A stretch of 64,000 nt of DNA from Alphaproteobacteria bacterium (GTDB lineage: Bacteria > Pseudomonadota > Alphaproteobacteria > Paracaedibacterales > VGCI01), in the NCBI GenBank assembly GCA_019746225.1, contig JAIESE010000013.1, forward strand, positions 106,063 through 170,062, in the 5' to 3' direction. A program made the translations under genes and the position numbers. Each line of letters opens with the position of its first letter. Position 1 is the first letter of the stretch. Below are positions 63,196-64,000 of the stretch, piece by piece. A model generated the notes under the pieces. That model ran no database searches. It saw nothing but the letters and a program-made list of their open reading frames with translations, and had not been told where the DNA came from.

Positions 63196-64000
63196 ATGGC
63201 TAGTAAAGTTGCCAAGAAATCAGAGAATCAAGACCTTCCTGCACATGATGTTGCTGGAGATGAAGTTGATATTCCATTGATGGAATTGAGTAAATCAAAT
63301 CCTTCCCTGAAGCGCCTCATCGCCCGTGGTAAAGATCGTGGATACATTACTTATGACGAACTGAATGAAACATTGCCTCAAAATCAATTGTCATCGGACC
63401 AAATCGATGAAGCCATGACAATGATTGCGGAAATGGGCATCAGCATTGTTGATAGTGATGAAGTTGATGAGACACTCACAGAGGTAGAGCAACCCGCCCG
63501 GGAATTGACCGGCTTTGAAACCGGTTTCGAGGCAGAGGAAGAAGCGACAGAATCAGCGGGTCGCACCGATGATCCTGTGCGCATGTATTTGCGTGAAATG
63601 GGGAATGTGGAGTTATTGTCTCGAGAAGGCGAAATCTCCATTGCGAAACGTATCGAGTCCGGTAAAGAGATGATGCTGGGGGGTTTATGTGAAAGTCCGT
63701 TAACGACACGTGCTCTTGATTATTGGCGAGAGCAATTGCATGCCGGCACAATGATGCTGCGAGAAATTATTGCTTTGGATACCAATGCAAATTTTGATGA
63801 AGATGGGGCCGAAGATGATGATCTATTGGAAGTCGAAAATGAGAACGCAGTAGAAGGTGAAGAGGAAGTAGCAGCTACTGCTGAACAGGCAGCTGAGCCC
63901 ACAACCCCTCCGTTATCTGTGGTTGAGCAAAGCATGTACCCAAAGGTTACAGATTTAATGGATCGGTATAGTGAAGTCTATGCCACGTTATGGAGCCATC
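63196..64000 (+). CDS. rpoD: RNA polymerase sigma-70 factor RpoD, N-terminal part (runs off the window)
   Basis: My own translation is MASKVAKKSEN...LIARGKDRGYITYDELNE...DDPVRMYLREMGNVELLSREGEISIAKRIE. The frame is open to the window end. Conserved dnaG-rpoD order. Confidence 0.92.
   Translation, partial: MASKVAKKSENQDLPAHDVAGDEVDIPLMELSKSNPSLKRLIARGKDRGYITYDELNETLPQNQLSSDQIDEAMTMIAEMGISIVDSDEVDETLTEVEQPARELTGFETGFEAEEEATESAGRTDDPVRMYLREMGNVELLSREGEISIAKRIESGKEMMLGGLCESPLTTRALDYWREQLHAGTMMLREIIALDTNANFDEDGAEDDDLLEVENENAVEGEEEVAATAEQAAEPTTPPLSVVEQSMYPKVTDLMDRYSEVYATLWSH

Noticed and set aside
1-64000. A search for transposase, integrase, tRNA, rRNA or tmRNA genes that could explain the mini-islands
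   Set aside because: No DDE, tyrosine- or serine-recombinase motifs appear in any track ORF, and I saw no tRNA-like cloverleaf in the intergenic gaps. Absence by eye is not proof, so tRNAscan-SE, Infernal and ISfinder searches are needed.

Overview
The window is a 64-kb chromosomal segment. It probably comes from a host-associated or intracellular alphaproteobacterium. That placement is an inference from ALA synthase hemA, the DUF3576-leuS-lptE and tsaE-amgK-yacG gene orders, a TIGR02281 retropepsin-like protease and dnaG-rpoD. A housekeeping backbone of about 48-50% GC by eye carries leuS, gltX, cysS, trmJ, xseA, hemA, dnaG, rpoD, umuDC, uup and tsaE. Clearly more AT-rich genes are interspersed in it. 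Most have Sec or lipoprotein signal peptides and either no recognisable family or eukaryote-like or effector-like domains: patatin, a single-HKD PLD, a 1306-aa Sel1/EnhC-like protein, an F-box/LRR protein, a DUF1963 protein and a secreted metallophosphoesterase. I found no rRNA, tRNA, CRISPR array, transposase or integrase by eye. The main observations are these. (1) Three single-gene AT-rich insertions are each bracketed by a duplicated piece of the neighbouring housekeeping gene: umuC, the uup 3' end, and the tsaE 3' end with the amgK 5' end. (2) A conserved 23-nt box with two GTATT half-sites 11 bp apart is fused to the -35 of three effector-like genes. (3) A translationally coupled GspE/PilB-GspF/PilC operon carries three unassignable membrane or periplasmic genes, has a tandem MshEN-type c-di-GMP motif, and has no pilin or secretin in the window. 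(4) A patatin gene and a T4-type lysozyme gene are adjacent on the same strand. (5) A pair of Tyr/His-rich mini-lipoproteins includes one ending in seven His. (6) A dispersed GTCATTGCGAGG palindromic repeat family is present. All domain calls come from motif recognition by eye. No searches were run.
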